The translations under genes were made by a program, and so were the position numbers. The notes beneath the pieces were generated by a model that made no database searches, was not told the origin of the DNA, and worked only from the letters and a program-made list of their open reading frames with translations. Below are positions 39,021-51,100 of a stretch of 64,000 bases of DNA, piece by piece. How positions within the stretch are numbered: the first letter of the stretch is position 1; every line of letters begins with the position of its first letter. Origin of the DNA: Chiloscyllium plagiosum (lineage: Eukaryota); the NCBI RefSeq assembly GCF_004010195.1, contig NC_057719.1, forward strand, positions 54,904,973 through 54,968,972, in the 5' to 3' direction.

Positions 39021-40544
39021 ATGGGACAATTTCTTGTGAGATGCCCTGCTCTTTCTTCCAAAACAAAAGTTAAGCCTCTGAAATATACCAACAGGGAGGG
39101 TGACAGAAACAGCTTCAATTATAACTTTCAAGGGGTGTTGGATAAATTGTTGAAGGGGAATAATATGGGGCTATGAGGAAAGAATTGGGAAACAAAATTA
39201 ATTAGATACCTCTTCCAAAGAGTTAGGAAAGACTCAATCAACAGAATTGCCTCTTTCTGTGATGAATCCTTGTTTTTGGCCTGAAAGGTTTCTATCTGAC
39301 TCTAAAGGGATTGAATGAAAATCGTAAAGCTCCAGGCTGATAAAATTCGAACCTACTGGTGCCAAAACAGGAGCTTAGCAGACTGCATCTCCAGGGCCTC
39401 TGAGAGAGAAAGGCATGCTGTGGAAGTCTACAGCACCTGCTACCTTTGGCTTAACACCAATTTAGATTTGAGGAAGGAATAACTAACATCCATCCTTGCA
39501 TTTATGAAAACATAAATTCATGCTTAATTTAAAAAAAAAGATGTGAGGTTGCATGCAATTGTCTTTTTTACCACAGAGAAAACACTTATGCCTTTACAAT
39601 GCTGTTAGTGTGCCAAAAGATTGACAAAACTAGGTACATAACCTAGAGCCATGAAAATAACAGCTAAAAAATAGATGCCTCACTGTTTTTAGTAAAAGAG
39701 CAATGCAGTGATTAATCTGGGGACCATTCCCACCTCAACCACACATATGTCCCATAACAAGCAGGCACCAACATTTCCAGCAATATAAGGCTGGCAGGTG
39801 CTCTCATGCCCTCCCCTTAATTGTGTGTTTTCTGACAGATTGAGTGTTTGAAGGCACAGGAGCCACCAGCCTGCATAATTACTGGGATCATGGCCTGTAG
39901 ATTTTCAGGCTCTTTCGCATTTGTCGCGTGGGTTATTCTCGAAACTTCTAACAGCTGGAACTGTTAACCATGTTGGCAAGTCAAAGTGAACAAGAAATCT
40001 AGAATCTGGATGTTTTTGTAGACACACACATGTGTCAGTGCAGGATAGGATTTCCAGGCACTTTAACATTGTCTATAACACTTGCTCTAAATAATAAATG
40101 ACAAAGCTGCACTCTACTAGCCCAGCAGGGTACTCCATTTTAAACTTCTTTTTTAACCAGCTAACAGACACAGTATTGTGGTTGTTATGTTTTTGAATTA
40201 GTAATCCAGATACCCAGAGGGACATTTTACTGGGGAACATATTCTTCATTATCCAATGCTTCCTGTTCGCAACCACCAAACTCTGAATGATAAGTCAATC
40301 AAGTTTGAATGGTCTCAATAAGGTGAGCGTGGAATTTCCAACTCTCAGGCACAAGAAACCTCACCTTCAAGAGCTTTGTGTTAGTAAGGATTGACTGATT
40401 GTTCTCATCTTAGCAGAACCAAAAGTGATTAAAGCAATAGTATGTTGCAAACTCATAAAGTAAATCTGAATTTAACATTTCAACCAAAATTGGATGGGGA
40501 AGTAATCTCTCTCAAGTTTCACTACTCCTCTACTACTCCTTCAT

Positions 40545-41269
40545 GTTATTCTTGCTGATGAAGCGATCCAGCATTGCTTCCAGTGTGCTAGCACAGCCTT
40601 TGGCTGTCTGAGGTAAAAGATGTTTGAGGACAACAACATCAGGTCCGACACCAAACTCATGGTTTACAGATGATGGTTCCTACCCTCCTCCATGGCTCTG
40701 AGACATGAACTGTCTACAGCAGACATCTCAAGGCACTGAAGCAGTATCACCAATGCTGCCTGTGCAAGACCCTACAAATCTGCTGGGAAGGAAGACGCAC
40801 TAATACCAGCGTCCTCAACCAGGTGAGGCACTGACCCCACATACCCAGCTTTGAGGCACTGACCCCACTTTGATCGGCTGCAATGGGCTGGGCACATCAT
40901 CCACATGACTGATACAAGACTCCCCAAGCACTTGCTCTATTCTCAGCTCTGAAATGGCAAGGGAGCCCCAGGTGGACAGAGAAAGCACTTCAGTGATACC
41001 CTCCATGTGATATTCCCACAGACATCAGGGAATCAGTGGTCCAAGACTTTTTAAAGTGGAGGAACAGCATCCGGGAAGGAATCAAGCACCTCGAGATTTG
41101 TCTTCGGGAAAAAGTGAAAGCCAAGAGAAAAGAGTGAAAGGAGCGTGCTGCCACACCAACGCCCCAGGACCAAGTGTAACAGAGCCTGTGGTAGCCACAT
41201 CGGCTTGTACAGCCACCTACAAACTCACTCTGAGAGTAGAAGAGAGTCATCCTCATCTCGTGAGAGACT
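40545..41269 (+). mobile_element. RTE-clade LINE 3' fragment
   Basis: DEAIQHCFQCASTAFGCLR*KMFEDNNIRSDTKLMVY and LKQYHQCCLCK, typical RTE C-terminal region. Confidence 0.8.
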
Positions 41270-41491
41270 GTGTGTGCGTGTGTCTGTCTGTATGTGTATG
41301 TGAGAGTGAGAGAGAGTGAATGAGTGTGTGCGTGTTTCTGTCTGTCTGTGTATGTGAGAGTGAGAGTAAACGAGTGTGTGCGTGTGTGTGAGTGTGTGTG
41401 TGTCTGTGTGTGTGTGTCTGTTTGTGTATATGAGAGTGAGAGAGAGTGAACGAGTGTGTGTGTCTATGTGTGCGAGTGAGTGTGTGTGTGT
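41268..41491. repeat. Compound (TG)/(AG) microsatellite
   Basis: Repeated tgtgagagtgagagagagtgaa-tgtgtg units. Confidence 0.9.
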
Positions 41492-42279
41492 TGTAGTCAC
41501 AAATTTTGTTGCATACTAAATAACTCCACTTGATAGATTTTTTTCAATCTTAACCTAATATGGATAAATTGTGTAATTAGCCTCTTCCGAAACTGGAGTA
41601 AAGCATTTGAGAGAGACAACATCCCCATCCAATTTGGGTTGAAATGTTCAATTCAGAGTTACTTTATGAGTTTGCAACATATTATAGCTTAAATCAAAAT
41701 ATGCAAAATTTTACAGCAAAACCAAACAGTGATGATGATAAAGCATCAAAGGCTGAAATAATCAAAATACAAGCAGCAGTGTAATACAAGCTTGCAATGA
41801 ATAAGGTCATAACCACAAAAAAGGCAGCTATACACTGTCAAAAATCTGAGATGAGATAATAAATTATCTACTGTGTCCAGTTGCTGTGTCACAGATCCTC
41901 AATTTTTCTCATAGTAATAAATTTAACAAAATTATTAACAGCTTTAAGGGACCTGCATGAGTCAGTTTGATTTTGTTGTAAAAGTTTGCATATCTTGAAA
42001 AAGAATACTTTGATAAAATAATGACTAGCACTTTAGGAAAAGATAGGATGCCAACATGCTCAGATTATTAAGAAAAGGTTACAATGAAGACCCTTCTCTG
42101 GAGATACAGATAAGAAGAGAGTGGACTGGATTTTGGTTAGTCAGTTCAGAAATCCCTCCCATAGGTGTAAGCTTATGAGCTGGTCAAGTTTTAAAGAATA
42201 TAGCTGCTCGACTGAATCTTTTTGGCGAGAGGCCAACTGAGAGAAGAACTTTGACCACATATCACTATCTCATCATTCT

Positions 42280-42462
42280 GCTACTCTCCCCACCCCACCC
42301 CCTCCTCTTTATCTGCATCTCCTCCTACTCCCATAGCTAGTCCTGAAGAAGGGTTATACCCAAAACGTTGACATCTCCACTTCCTGATGCTGACTGGCTT
42401 GCTGTGTTCTTCCAGCCTCCTGTTATCTACTTTGGATTCCAGTATCTGCAGATGATTTGAAT
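42280..42462 (+). mobile_element. Penelope-like pLTR
   Basis: Pyrimidine-rich leader, then gtc-ctgaaga-a-gggt-tat-accc-aaaa-cgtt-gac and the pLTR unit. Confidence 0.7.
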
Positions 42463-44082
42463 CTAACTGGTTCACTAGTGCCCTTTACAGAATGAAATCT
42501 GCCACCTGGCCTGGCGTATATGTAATTCCAGATACACAGCAACATAGTTGGTTCTTAACTGTCCACTGAAATGGCCTGGTAAAGCAGTTTTAGAGCAACA
42601 AAATGATTGTCTTGCTAGTGATGCCTAAATCCCGTGGAAGAATACAGAACTAAACATAATCTTTTAGTTAGAATGGTGTATCTTCTTTTCCCTCCTTAAG
42701 AAGTGATTAGAAAAACAAATCTATTAAATTACCAATTTTACAGGATGCCATTTAATCTGGAATAGTACTCCACTCATTGTCTTTCTATACTCTGATTGCA
42801 CACATTCTTCTGAGTTTTGTTTTGTCTGACTTTAACATTAATTTACTTTATAAGAGCTAACTCCTTTGTCAAGAAGCAAGTAGACATACTGTGCATAGAA
42901 CTGGACTAATTGATTTAATCAGTAATTGTCTTTTCATAATAGTGCACAGTGATTAAAAAGGGATGGCTTACTTGATTTAGCAAAACACATTCAGCTATTT
43001 TGATAAATCTAAGTTTCTAAGCATGGTTAAAGCTTGCCATAGCAGTCTTTAGTCCAAAAGCTAATTGTCACTGAGGGCAGTCTTATACATGATCTTGTTT
43101 GCGATCAGGGCCAATGAAAGCTTCGTAATAAAACAAGAGATTAAAAGGGCTAATATACTCTTATTTCTCTGCCCCACTTCACTCTGACATTTGTGACCTT
43201 CACCACCTACAATGATTGAACAAAGCTCAACACAGGCTTGATTACTTCAGGGCTATCAAATCATTACTACTGCGTCATTTCTCTTAGGCTGCAAGTTCTG
43301 ACAATGATTCTATTATTCCTATTGCCCACGCTCTCCAGGCCCATTGTTTCCTTCTTCACTTTTGTCTCATTCACACATCCTTTGTAATTTGACTGCTCCT
43401 GTTTTCCACTCTACCGCAGTCCATCTTTCCTTACTCCAACCACTACCTCCATACATTTACCGTCTCTGCATTTGTTTTAAACTGGGCAGATCTGGAAACA
43501 TTTTCAGTTTGGATGAACTCATCTGACAAAACAAAACCCAGAATAATGTGTGCAGTCAGAGGCTGGAAAGACAATGACTGAAGTACCATTCAAGGTTAAA
43601 TTTTCATCCAGCAAAAATGATAGTTGAATAGATTGTTTTTTCTAATCACTGCTTCAGGAGGGAATAGAAGATATATCATTCTAACTAAAAGATTATGTTT
43701 AGTTCTGTACTCTTCCACAGGATATAGGCATCACAGGCAAGGCAATTGTCTGTTGCCCATACTTTTCTTCCTCCAGAGCTGCTGAATATATTCAACATTT
43801 TCTGTTTATATTTCACCTGCCTCAATTTGACTTATAAAGAGAAACCTTGTTTTTCAAAAAATTGCGTTTTCTTCCACATTCTCTCTTTGTTCTAAATGGT
43901 AAAATATCCAGAAATGTGCCAGGTCAATAATCAAATTATTTTTCGGTCAGTGCTGTGTTTTAACATGGGATTGATTTTTAGCATATCTCGGAAGTGGTTC
44001 AGAAGATTGTGGTTTCACCTCAGAAGAAATAGGACACATTTTAGGCTGATGATTCTCTGCAGTACTGGAGGAATACTAGATA

Positions 44083-44238
44083 GTTGGCCTACTTTTGTCT
44101 CAGGTGGACATAAAAGATCCCATGGGTTATTTCGAAGAAGAGGAAGACAGTTCTTCCTCCTGTGCGAGCAAATGTTAATCCCATATCTAAAAGCAGATTA
44201 ACTGTTCATTATCTCACATCTGTGGAGACAGACTGCCT
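44083..44238 (+). mobile_element. Deu-domain SINE (SacSINE1/AmnSINE1-like) fragment
   Basis: caggtggacataaaagatcccatgg..tttcgaagaagag..cagattaactgttcattatctcac resembles the DeuSINE central domain as I recall it. Confidence 0.55.
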
Positions 44239-44389
44239 GTCGTGGTTTAAAGGTCAGTACATACACTGAAGACATGAGGGATAAACTTCCCAATAGAAAG
44301 GGACTGATCTTCCCCGATGCATTAGGAGGAGGAGGATAACCATCCTCAAGTTGTAGCCTTATTCAATCTCTCTTTTGCAAAATTAGCTG

Positions 44390-44860
44390 GGATATTGGTA
44401 TCCCCTGTGCATACCAGGGGAGCGTTATGGCAGCAGTTACCTCTCCTTCAATTTATGCCACTCTGTTTTGAGTTTATTCCAATCAGGCCATAATTTACAA
44501 GTTGGCTACTGGGCATCAAGAGTTTTACCTTCTGGACTGGACTCATGATTCTTGTCAAGATGCCTGTATTGAAAACCATCCGCCACAAGAAACATGAAAG
44601 AACAATTGGCGCACATGAGCAATGTTTTGGTTGTCTGAACTGACCTGAGGAATCTTTGCAACACTGTACTGAGCAGGTATCCAAACTTGTGATTGACTAC
44701 TAGTTGCTAACAAGAGGAATTCACCCTGAATACCTCCTGGAAAGCACAATATGGAAGAGGAGGAAGAGGATGAGCAGGGAGTGGAGGAGTTTTTGACAAG
44801 AATGGTTTTAGCTGCTGGAGTGTTCAGAGAGCAATTTATCAAAAATCTGTCCACTTAAAG
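44390..44860 (+). pseudogene. PIF/Harbinger (HARBI1-like) transposase C-terminal remnant
   Basis: Across frameshifts: WLLGIKS (cf. WLLGDKGY), ATRN..RTIGAHEQCFGCLN*PEESLQHCTEQVSKLV (cf. TRN.IE.TIG.LK.RFRCL..SGG.LQY.PE.V), then an acidic HNMEEEEEDE tract. Confidence 0.6.
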
Positions 44861-45027
44861 CATTGCTTCCATTCATTGTAGTCCAACAGATCTGTAACCC
44901 TTCTTGTCACATTCTGTACGCCTACCTCTGATTGTCTACCTTTGGCTCAGCTTTATGAAAATTGCCATCATTTCAATGTAAAGAATCCAGAACCAAAACT
45001 TGAATCAGTCATATCTAACATAGAGTC

Positions 45028-45760
45028 GAGAGTGTGCCCACACTTACCCCCATCACCTCCATCCAAGGCCCCAAAGGATCCTTCCACATCCAACAGAAAT
45101 TTACCTGTACGTGCATGCACATCATCTACTTTATCCATTGCACCCGATGTGGTACTCCTCTACGTTTGGGAGACAGGACGCAAACTTGTGGATTGTTTCA
45201 GAGAACATCTTTGGGACACCCACATCAACAAGACCCACCACCCTGTGGCTAAATACTTTAACTCCCCCTCCCATTCCATCAAGAGCATGCAGGAACTAGA
45301 CCTCCTCTATCGCCAAACCCTTACCACCCAATGCCTGGAGGAAGAACGCCTCATCTTCCACCTTGGGACCCTGCAACCTCAAGGGATCAATTTCACCCGT
45401 TTCCTCATTTCCCCTCCCCTAACATTATCTCAGTCCCAAGCTTCCAACTCAGCACCACCCTCTTGACCAGTCCTACCAGTTCATCTTCCTTCCTTCCCAC
45501 CCACTTACTCCACTCTCCCTTCTGACCTATCACTTCCACCCCCACCTTTATCTATCTATTACATTCCCAGCTACCTTTCCACCAGACCCACACCCCTCCC
45601 ATTTATCTTTCAGACCCCAGCCCACAAGGCTTATTACTAATGAAGGGCTTGTGCCCAAAACGTCGATTCTCCTGCTCCTCGGTTGATGCCTGACCTGCTG
45701 TGCTTTTCCAGCACCACACTCTCAATTCTGTTCTCCAGCATCTTTATTCCTCACTTTCTC
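45028..45760 (+). mobile_element. Penelope-like element 3' part (GIY-YIG plus pLTR)
   Basis: SIQGPKGSFHIQQKFTCT, LYVWETGRKLVDCFREHL and LEEERLIFHLGTLQPQGIN motifs; 18-bp TSD catatctaacatagagtc at 45010-45027 and 45761-45778. Confidence 0.88.
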
Positions 45761-45769
45761 CATATCTAA

Positions 45770-46085
45770 CATAGAGTCATAGCGTCATACAGCATGGAAA
45801 CAGACCCTTCAGTCCAACCAGTCCATGTCAACCATGTTCCCAAACTAAACGAGTCTCAGCTCCCTGCACATGTCCTAAATCCCTCCAAACCTTTTCTAAT
45901 CATGTACCTATCCAAATGTCTTTTGAACATTGTAATTGCACTTGTATCCACCACTTTCTCTGGCCATTCTTTCCACATACGATCCACTCTCTATATAAAA
46001 ATGTTGCCCCTCACGTCGTTTTTAATTCTACCTCCTTACACCTTAAAAATGTGCCCCCTAGTTTTGAACTCCCCTGCCCTATGGA
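45770..46085 (-). mobile_element. CR1 LINE 3' end
   Basis: atagagtcatagcgtcatacagcatggaaacagaccc tail and CR1 3' UTR. Confidence 0.85.
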
Positions 46086-46149
46086 AGTGCACTTGTACAA
46101 GTCTTTATTGGATGTCTTTCTTGCTCATGTACCACTCTGAATGCTCTTC

Positions 46150-47260
46150 CACTTAGTATCCTCAGTGAGTTCAACTTGGAAGGTGGGAAGTTTCTGAGCT
46201 TCCACTGGAAAGATACTTTAAAGATTGCTGGGTGGCAAATCTAGCATAGCTCTGCTCCAGCTTATGGGAGTCTGCAGCATCTCAACATAGACAGAGGATT
46301 CAGGATCAGCTAACTGTGGCACTGACAAAGGCACTGTTGGATTTGTTGATATGGCATTAGGTACTTCTTCCACAAGTCACTTTCCTGGAACTTCATCTCA
46401 ATGCATTTATGTTTCTGCATGAAGTCAGAGTATAGGAGTGATATGACAGTCTGGAAACATTTTCCAATTGGCTTAACAGCCAAGATGGTAGGTACCTAAA
46501 CTTAGTTATCTGAGTTGCTAGTTAAGGTTCTACTACTTTGGGAGGCATAATCATGTTCATGGAGTTCAGTTCATGTTAAAAATAATTGCTCCCATGTTCA
46601 GTGGCTTTATATATGCTTACTGGCATCCTGTCCAGTGCTTTCCAACACTTTCTGGTTGATGCCCATAGCTCTCCTCTGAGCACTGTAGCCTGTATTTGAG
46701 AACTCAGCTGCACAGCTCATATGGAGAAAGTGAGAACTACAGATGCTGGAGGTCAGAGTCAGAGTCAAGAGTGGGGTGCTGGAAAAGCACAGCAGGTCAG
46801 GCAGCATCCAAGGAGCAGGAGAATCGACGTTTCGGCCAAGAGCCCTTCATCAGGAATCAGGCTCATTTCTAATGAAGGGCTTTTGTCCAAAATGTCGATT
46901 CTCCTGCTCCTCGGACGCTGCCTGACCTGTTGTGCTTTTCCAGCACCACACTCTCAACTGCAGAGCTCATATGTAAACCTGCTCCCTGGCATGTTATTAT
47001 CTGTGATATTCTATCTTCCCACTATAGAGCCTGCTTTGTGGCTGATAGCTTACTATATGAGGACCCTTGCACTCTATCCATGAAAGATCAGATGGATATT
47101 TCCTTTCCAATGCAGAAAGTCTTGATGGTCTCCCAAACATAGCAGTGAATTGTTAAATATAATTTGTTGCTGATTTAACTTGCTATAGCTTGTAGCAGGT
47201 GACATAGATCAGTGATAGTCTGCTTTGTGAAGGAAAGACACTTTCACATGGTGACGTTCA
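46150..47260 (-). mobile_element. Decayed Gypsy integrase region
   Basis: Weak AQRRAM and IYKAT similarity to the integrase AERAV..YRATP motif. Confidence 0.3.
46724..46957. mobile_element. Penelope-like inverted pLTR pair with two hammerhead motifs
   Basis: Minus strand cctgatgaagggctcttggccgaaacgtcgatt; plus strand ctaatgaagggcttttgtccaaaatgtc; 16-bp TSD ctgca(c/g)agctcatatg. Confidence 0.85.
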
Positions 47261-48017
47261 CATGGGCATGCTTTCTCAATATTCACCATCGATAAAGCTT
47301 TTTGTTCCTCTCATCCCTTTTGGGGAAGCTGCTCCAGATCGCAGTTATCTTCCTCATTATTCATTCTCCTCTTCAAGCCTCCAAGTCAACCTTATAACTG
47401 CAGTCAAACTATTGACCAGGGAGTCAACAACAGTGCAACATCATTAATATCCTGTTGGAATAAACTACTGCAGCTGCTGGAATCTGTACTGAAAACAAGA
47501 AGTGCTGGAGATCACAGCAGGTCAGACAAAATCCCCTCTTCTCAGGACAGAACATATGAACTCTCCAGAAAATGCATCAGAAATACAACCAAAATATTTT
47601 GAAAAGCTATGAACACGGGATGATGTGCAAATTTCAGTTGTTAAATAAGCCTATAAGCCTTCAAAATTTGCTAAAACTACAAATGACGAGCCAGCAACTG
47701 ACATGTGTGTTTTGCAAAATCTCTTTGGTCATTTCACAGAATCACAGATGTATTTCAGAGTGGAATGAGGGCCCACTGTGTCTTCACTGGCTCCTTAAAT
47801 GAGCGTCATTACCCATTGTCAATCCCCGACATTTTTCTCTATACCCTTACACATGATTTTTATCGAAGTAATTACTTAAAGAATGCCTCAATTTAACATG
47901 GTTCCACTATATTTCTGAGAGTATACTGCTCGCAGAATGAAGAAACATTTTCCTCACTCTACCATTGCTTCTTCTCCGAATCACTGTAAATCTATACCTT
48001 CTTGCTCCTGTTTACTT

Positions 48018-48172
48018 AGAATTTTAGAAATTAGAATCCCTACAGTGTGGAAACAGGCCCTTTGGCCCAACAACTCCATACCGATCTTCTGAAGAGTATT
48101 CCACCTAAACCCATTTCGTTGTCCTATTACTCTACATTTACCCCTGACTAACGCACCTAACGTACACATCTT
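48018..48172 (-). mobile_element. HE1-type SINE 3' part, inside an old CR1 remnant
   Basis: tacagtgtggaaacaggccctttggcccaac..cccctgactaacgcacctaac. Confidence 0.75.
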
Positions 48173-51100
48173 ATCCTTTTTACGAGCTGGAACAGTTTCT
48201 CCTTCTCTAACCTATTCAGCCTGCTCATAATTTTGAAATCCTCCATTCAGAGCTCTCTTAGTTTTCTTCTCCCTGAAAAGGGAAGTCCCAATTTCTTCAA
48301 ACTATCCTCATAACAGAAATTAGAATCATGTCCTCCCACATGGTCAGGATTTGAATTTAAATTTTTCTCTTGCAATTCTGGCCCTCCCACGGAGAATCCG
48401 GTCTAATTGGTCAGAGGGGAGCATTTCCAGGTCAAAATGAGCAGGCATTTCCTGTCTGCCATTTTGGAAGCTTATCAGCATGTTTAACACCTGAAATCCC
48501 AGAAATGCAGGGTTATTTCTCATGTATAGATTTTTAGCAGAGTGCAGCACTAACAGACTGCAGGAACAGCACTTTAACAAGCCTCCTTTTTGTAGCAGTG
48601 CTCCCCGCATGCTCCCAATGGCAGAATAAATCTTCTTGTGGCTTATATTAAATACTGAGGTCTCCTTAGTCTCCGGTTTTATGACTTTTAATCTGTATCC
48701 CTCTCCACAAAAGGATTTCATTTAAAGTGAATTACTTTTGGCATCAAAGGCTGAGAAAAAACCTAAGTGAGGTCAAAAGTAAATTTGTTACCTGAAACGA
48801 AATTTTGAAGTCAACTCTTGAATGCAGCAACAATGCTGTGGGAAAAGGAGGTGCAGTATAGAAAGATTTCTGGGTACAAATTCAGTGGCAGTATCTTAGG
48901 CAACCAGATGATGAGGCTGTTAAAAATAATTAATAGGGTTCAAGGTTTTGTTGCAAGAGCCTTAGAATTTAAAAGCTTATAGGTATTTATGCTTTCAAAG
49001 GGGAAAAAAATAACCAGTGGGTTCTTTCAATTGCTGGTGATAGAGCCAACAGTTTACTGCTTGGACAGTGAAGAAGGAGCAAAACCACCACACTGATTAT
49101 TATTCATATCCTTTAATAACATTCGAGTATTCACCTTATAGATTATTCAACCCTCTGTGCTCCCCCTTGGTTTGTTTGGTTCTGTTTCATTTTCAAGCTC
49201 AATTTTAACAAAGAAGAAAAATGAATTGAAAGAATTGAATTGGAACGCAAACTACAGATTCTGAGAACTTGTCTCCCAGAGAGAAAAAAAATTCAATTTT
49301 TCATTAATTATGAAACAGTGAAGTACATTGTTCTGCCATTACAACAGCTGATGAGTGTGCACAAAACATCGACAAGGTCTTTGTTAAGAAACAATTTAAA
49401 CTTGGCATGACAGCAAAAAGCAGTATTTTCAAAATCACACTATTCTCCCAATGGTATAAATTAGAAGGGAGGATCAATATTTGTAAGTTACTTTAAGGAC
49501 ATATTGGTTTCAAGTTCAACTCATTCATTTCAACAAAAGTGAACAGATAGCACAAAAATCCATCGTTTTCCTGCAGTGTGCAAGCCTAGCTGACTGCACC
49601 AGCTCTATTCCTTTAAGCATTCCCTTTTGTAACATTGCAGCCTGCATTTCATGGTCAAATCAATCTGCTTGAAGCTTGTATGAGATATTAAGTTCTCATT
49701 ACTTTCCTGTTTTATGACTTTTAATCTGTTTTCGTCACCATAAGAGAGCCCCGTTTGAGTGAATTACTTCGGGCTTTGAAGGTTACAAACATTTGAGTGA
49801 CGTCAAAAGCAAATATATCACCTGGCAAGAGATTTTCAAGTCATTCCTCCACTGCAGTCTGGATCATGCCTTGACTGGTTATCATTGTCTTCCCAAAGTA
49901 TGTTTTGAATGAAGTTCCAAAGTGCTTATCTGTGGCAGTGCTGAGCATTCGTTTTGAAGAGTAATTGTGGCTTGAATTACTGCAAAGGTAAATATCTTAC
50001 AGCTACATGCTTGCCAATCAATTGACGAAAATTGGAAATATATTTGAAAATATACTGGGCTGAATCTTACGGCTACATTTGAGTTGCAGAGAGTATTTGG
50101 GAAGGATTCTCACCATGCGATCCAACAAGACCTTTTACCAAATCTTACCAAACATGCCTTATTAACTTACTGCCCCGCCCCTTGGCGTCCCTTATATCCA
50201 ATTCCTGCCCCGTCTCCTCACAAGCCTCATTTCATCTGATCGTTCTCTCTAGGCCACCACAACTTCATCCCACTGCACAATGACCAGCCAAATCTTGCCA
50301 TGATGCAGTAGGGGAATATCACATACAGATAAGCAATCAGATAATTCCAAACATGAGCTTTCATGAACAGTGACCAAAAAGCAACACCAGCAAAATCAAT
50401 TGAGTCAGCAGTTCACCCCCACAATCCAAACCAAATTTTGGCACCATGAGTAATAATTATTTTCTATTCCATGATGGTCCTCTGCTCCCAGCTTTCAGGT
50501 ACTAGAACTGGGTGTCTATCAGGCCCTATCTGGCTTGTAGCATCCAATATAGCTTCATGTTATTATTCACAAGGAGACCTTCCTCCTCTCCAATGTCCTC
50601 CTCAGAAGATGGCTCACATTTTCCCAGCACCTCAGCATCTATCACCTCCCCTGTTTGCCTGCTTCAAATATACAGAGCATAGTCCACGAGAATTACGTAG
50701 GACAATGTATCAGCGGTCAACTGAAGACTAGTTCAGGTAGAGGAACCACATTGTCAGCCACCCTAATATTACTACAATCCTGGTTGGAGTATGGATGAAA
50801 ATATATCTGAGACGCATATCAATAACAATGGCCTCACAAGCTATGATCACCCTCAAACACACCATGTAAACAACAGTGCTACAGAATGTACAAGTTATGT
50901 CAGCTGCCAGGATAGTGGGTAAATGTGTTTATAGATCATCTGAATATTAATAGACTGCAACCCTTCCTTTTGCTGTGACATGCTCCTCTCAGTGTCACGT
51001 GTGCAGTCAATGGCACCCCTGAGCACTTTCAGTTTGCATGCATAGCAAATGGACAATGAAATAATTGCAATTTAAATGTAGCTGGAGTTTATAAATGGTC

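Larger units (their letters stand above)
40425..41696. repeat. ~100-bp inverted repeat pair (40425-40528 and 41595-41696)
   Basis: tatgttgcaaactcataaagtaa..aaattggatgggga matches the reverse complement of tccccatccaattt..ttactttatgagtttgcaacata. Confidence 0.8.

Noticed and set aside
48344..48721. 125-aa minus-strand ORF over the duplicated block
   Set aside because: The paralogous copy at 49.6-49.8 kb shifts frame and shows no codon-position bias
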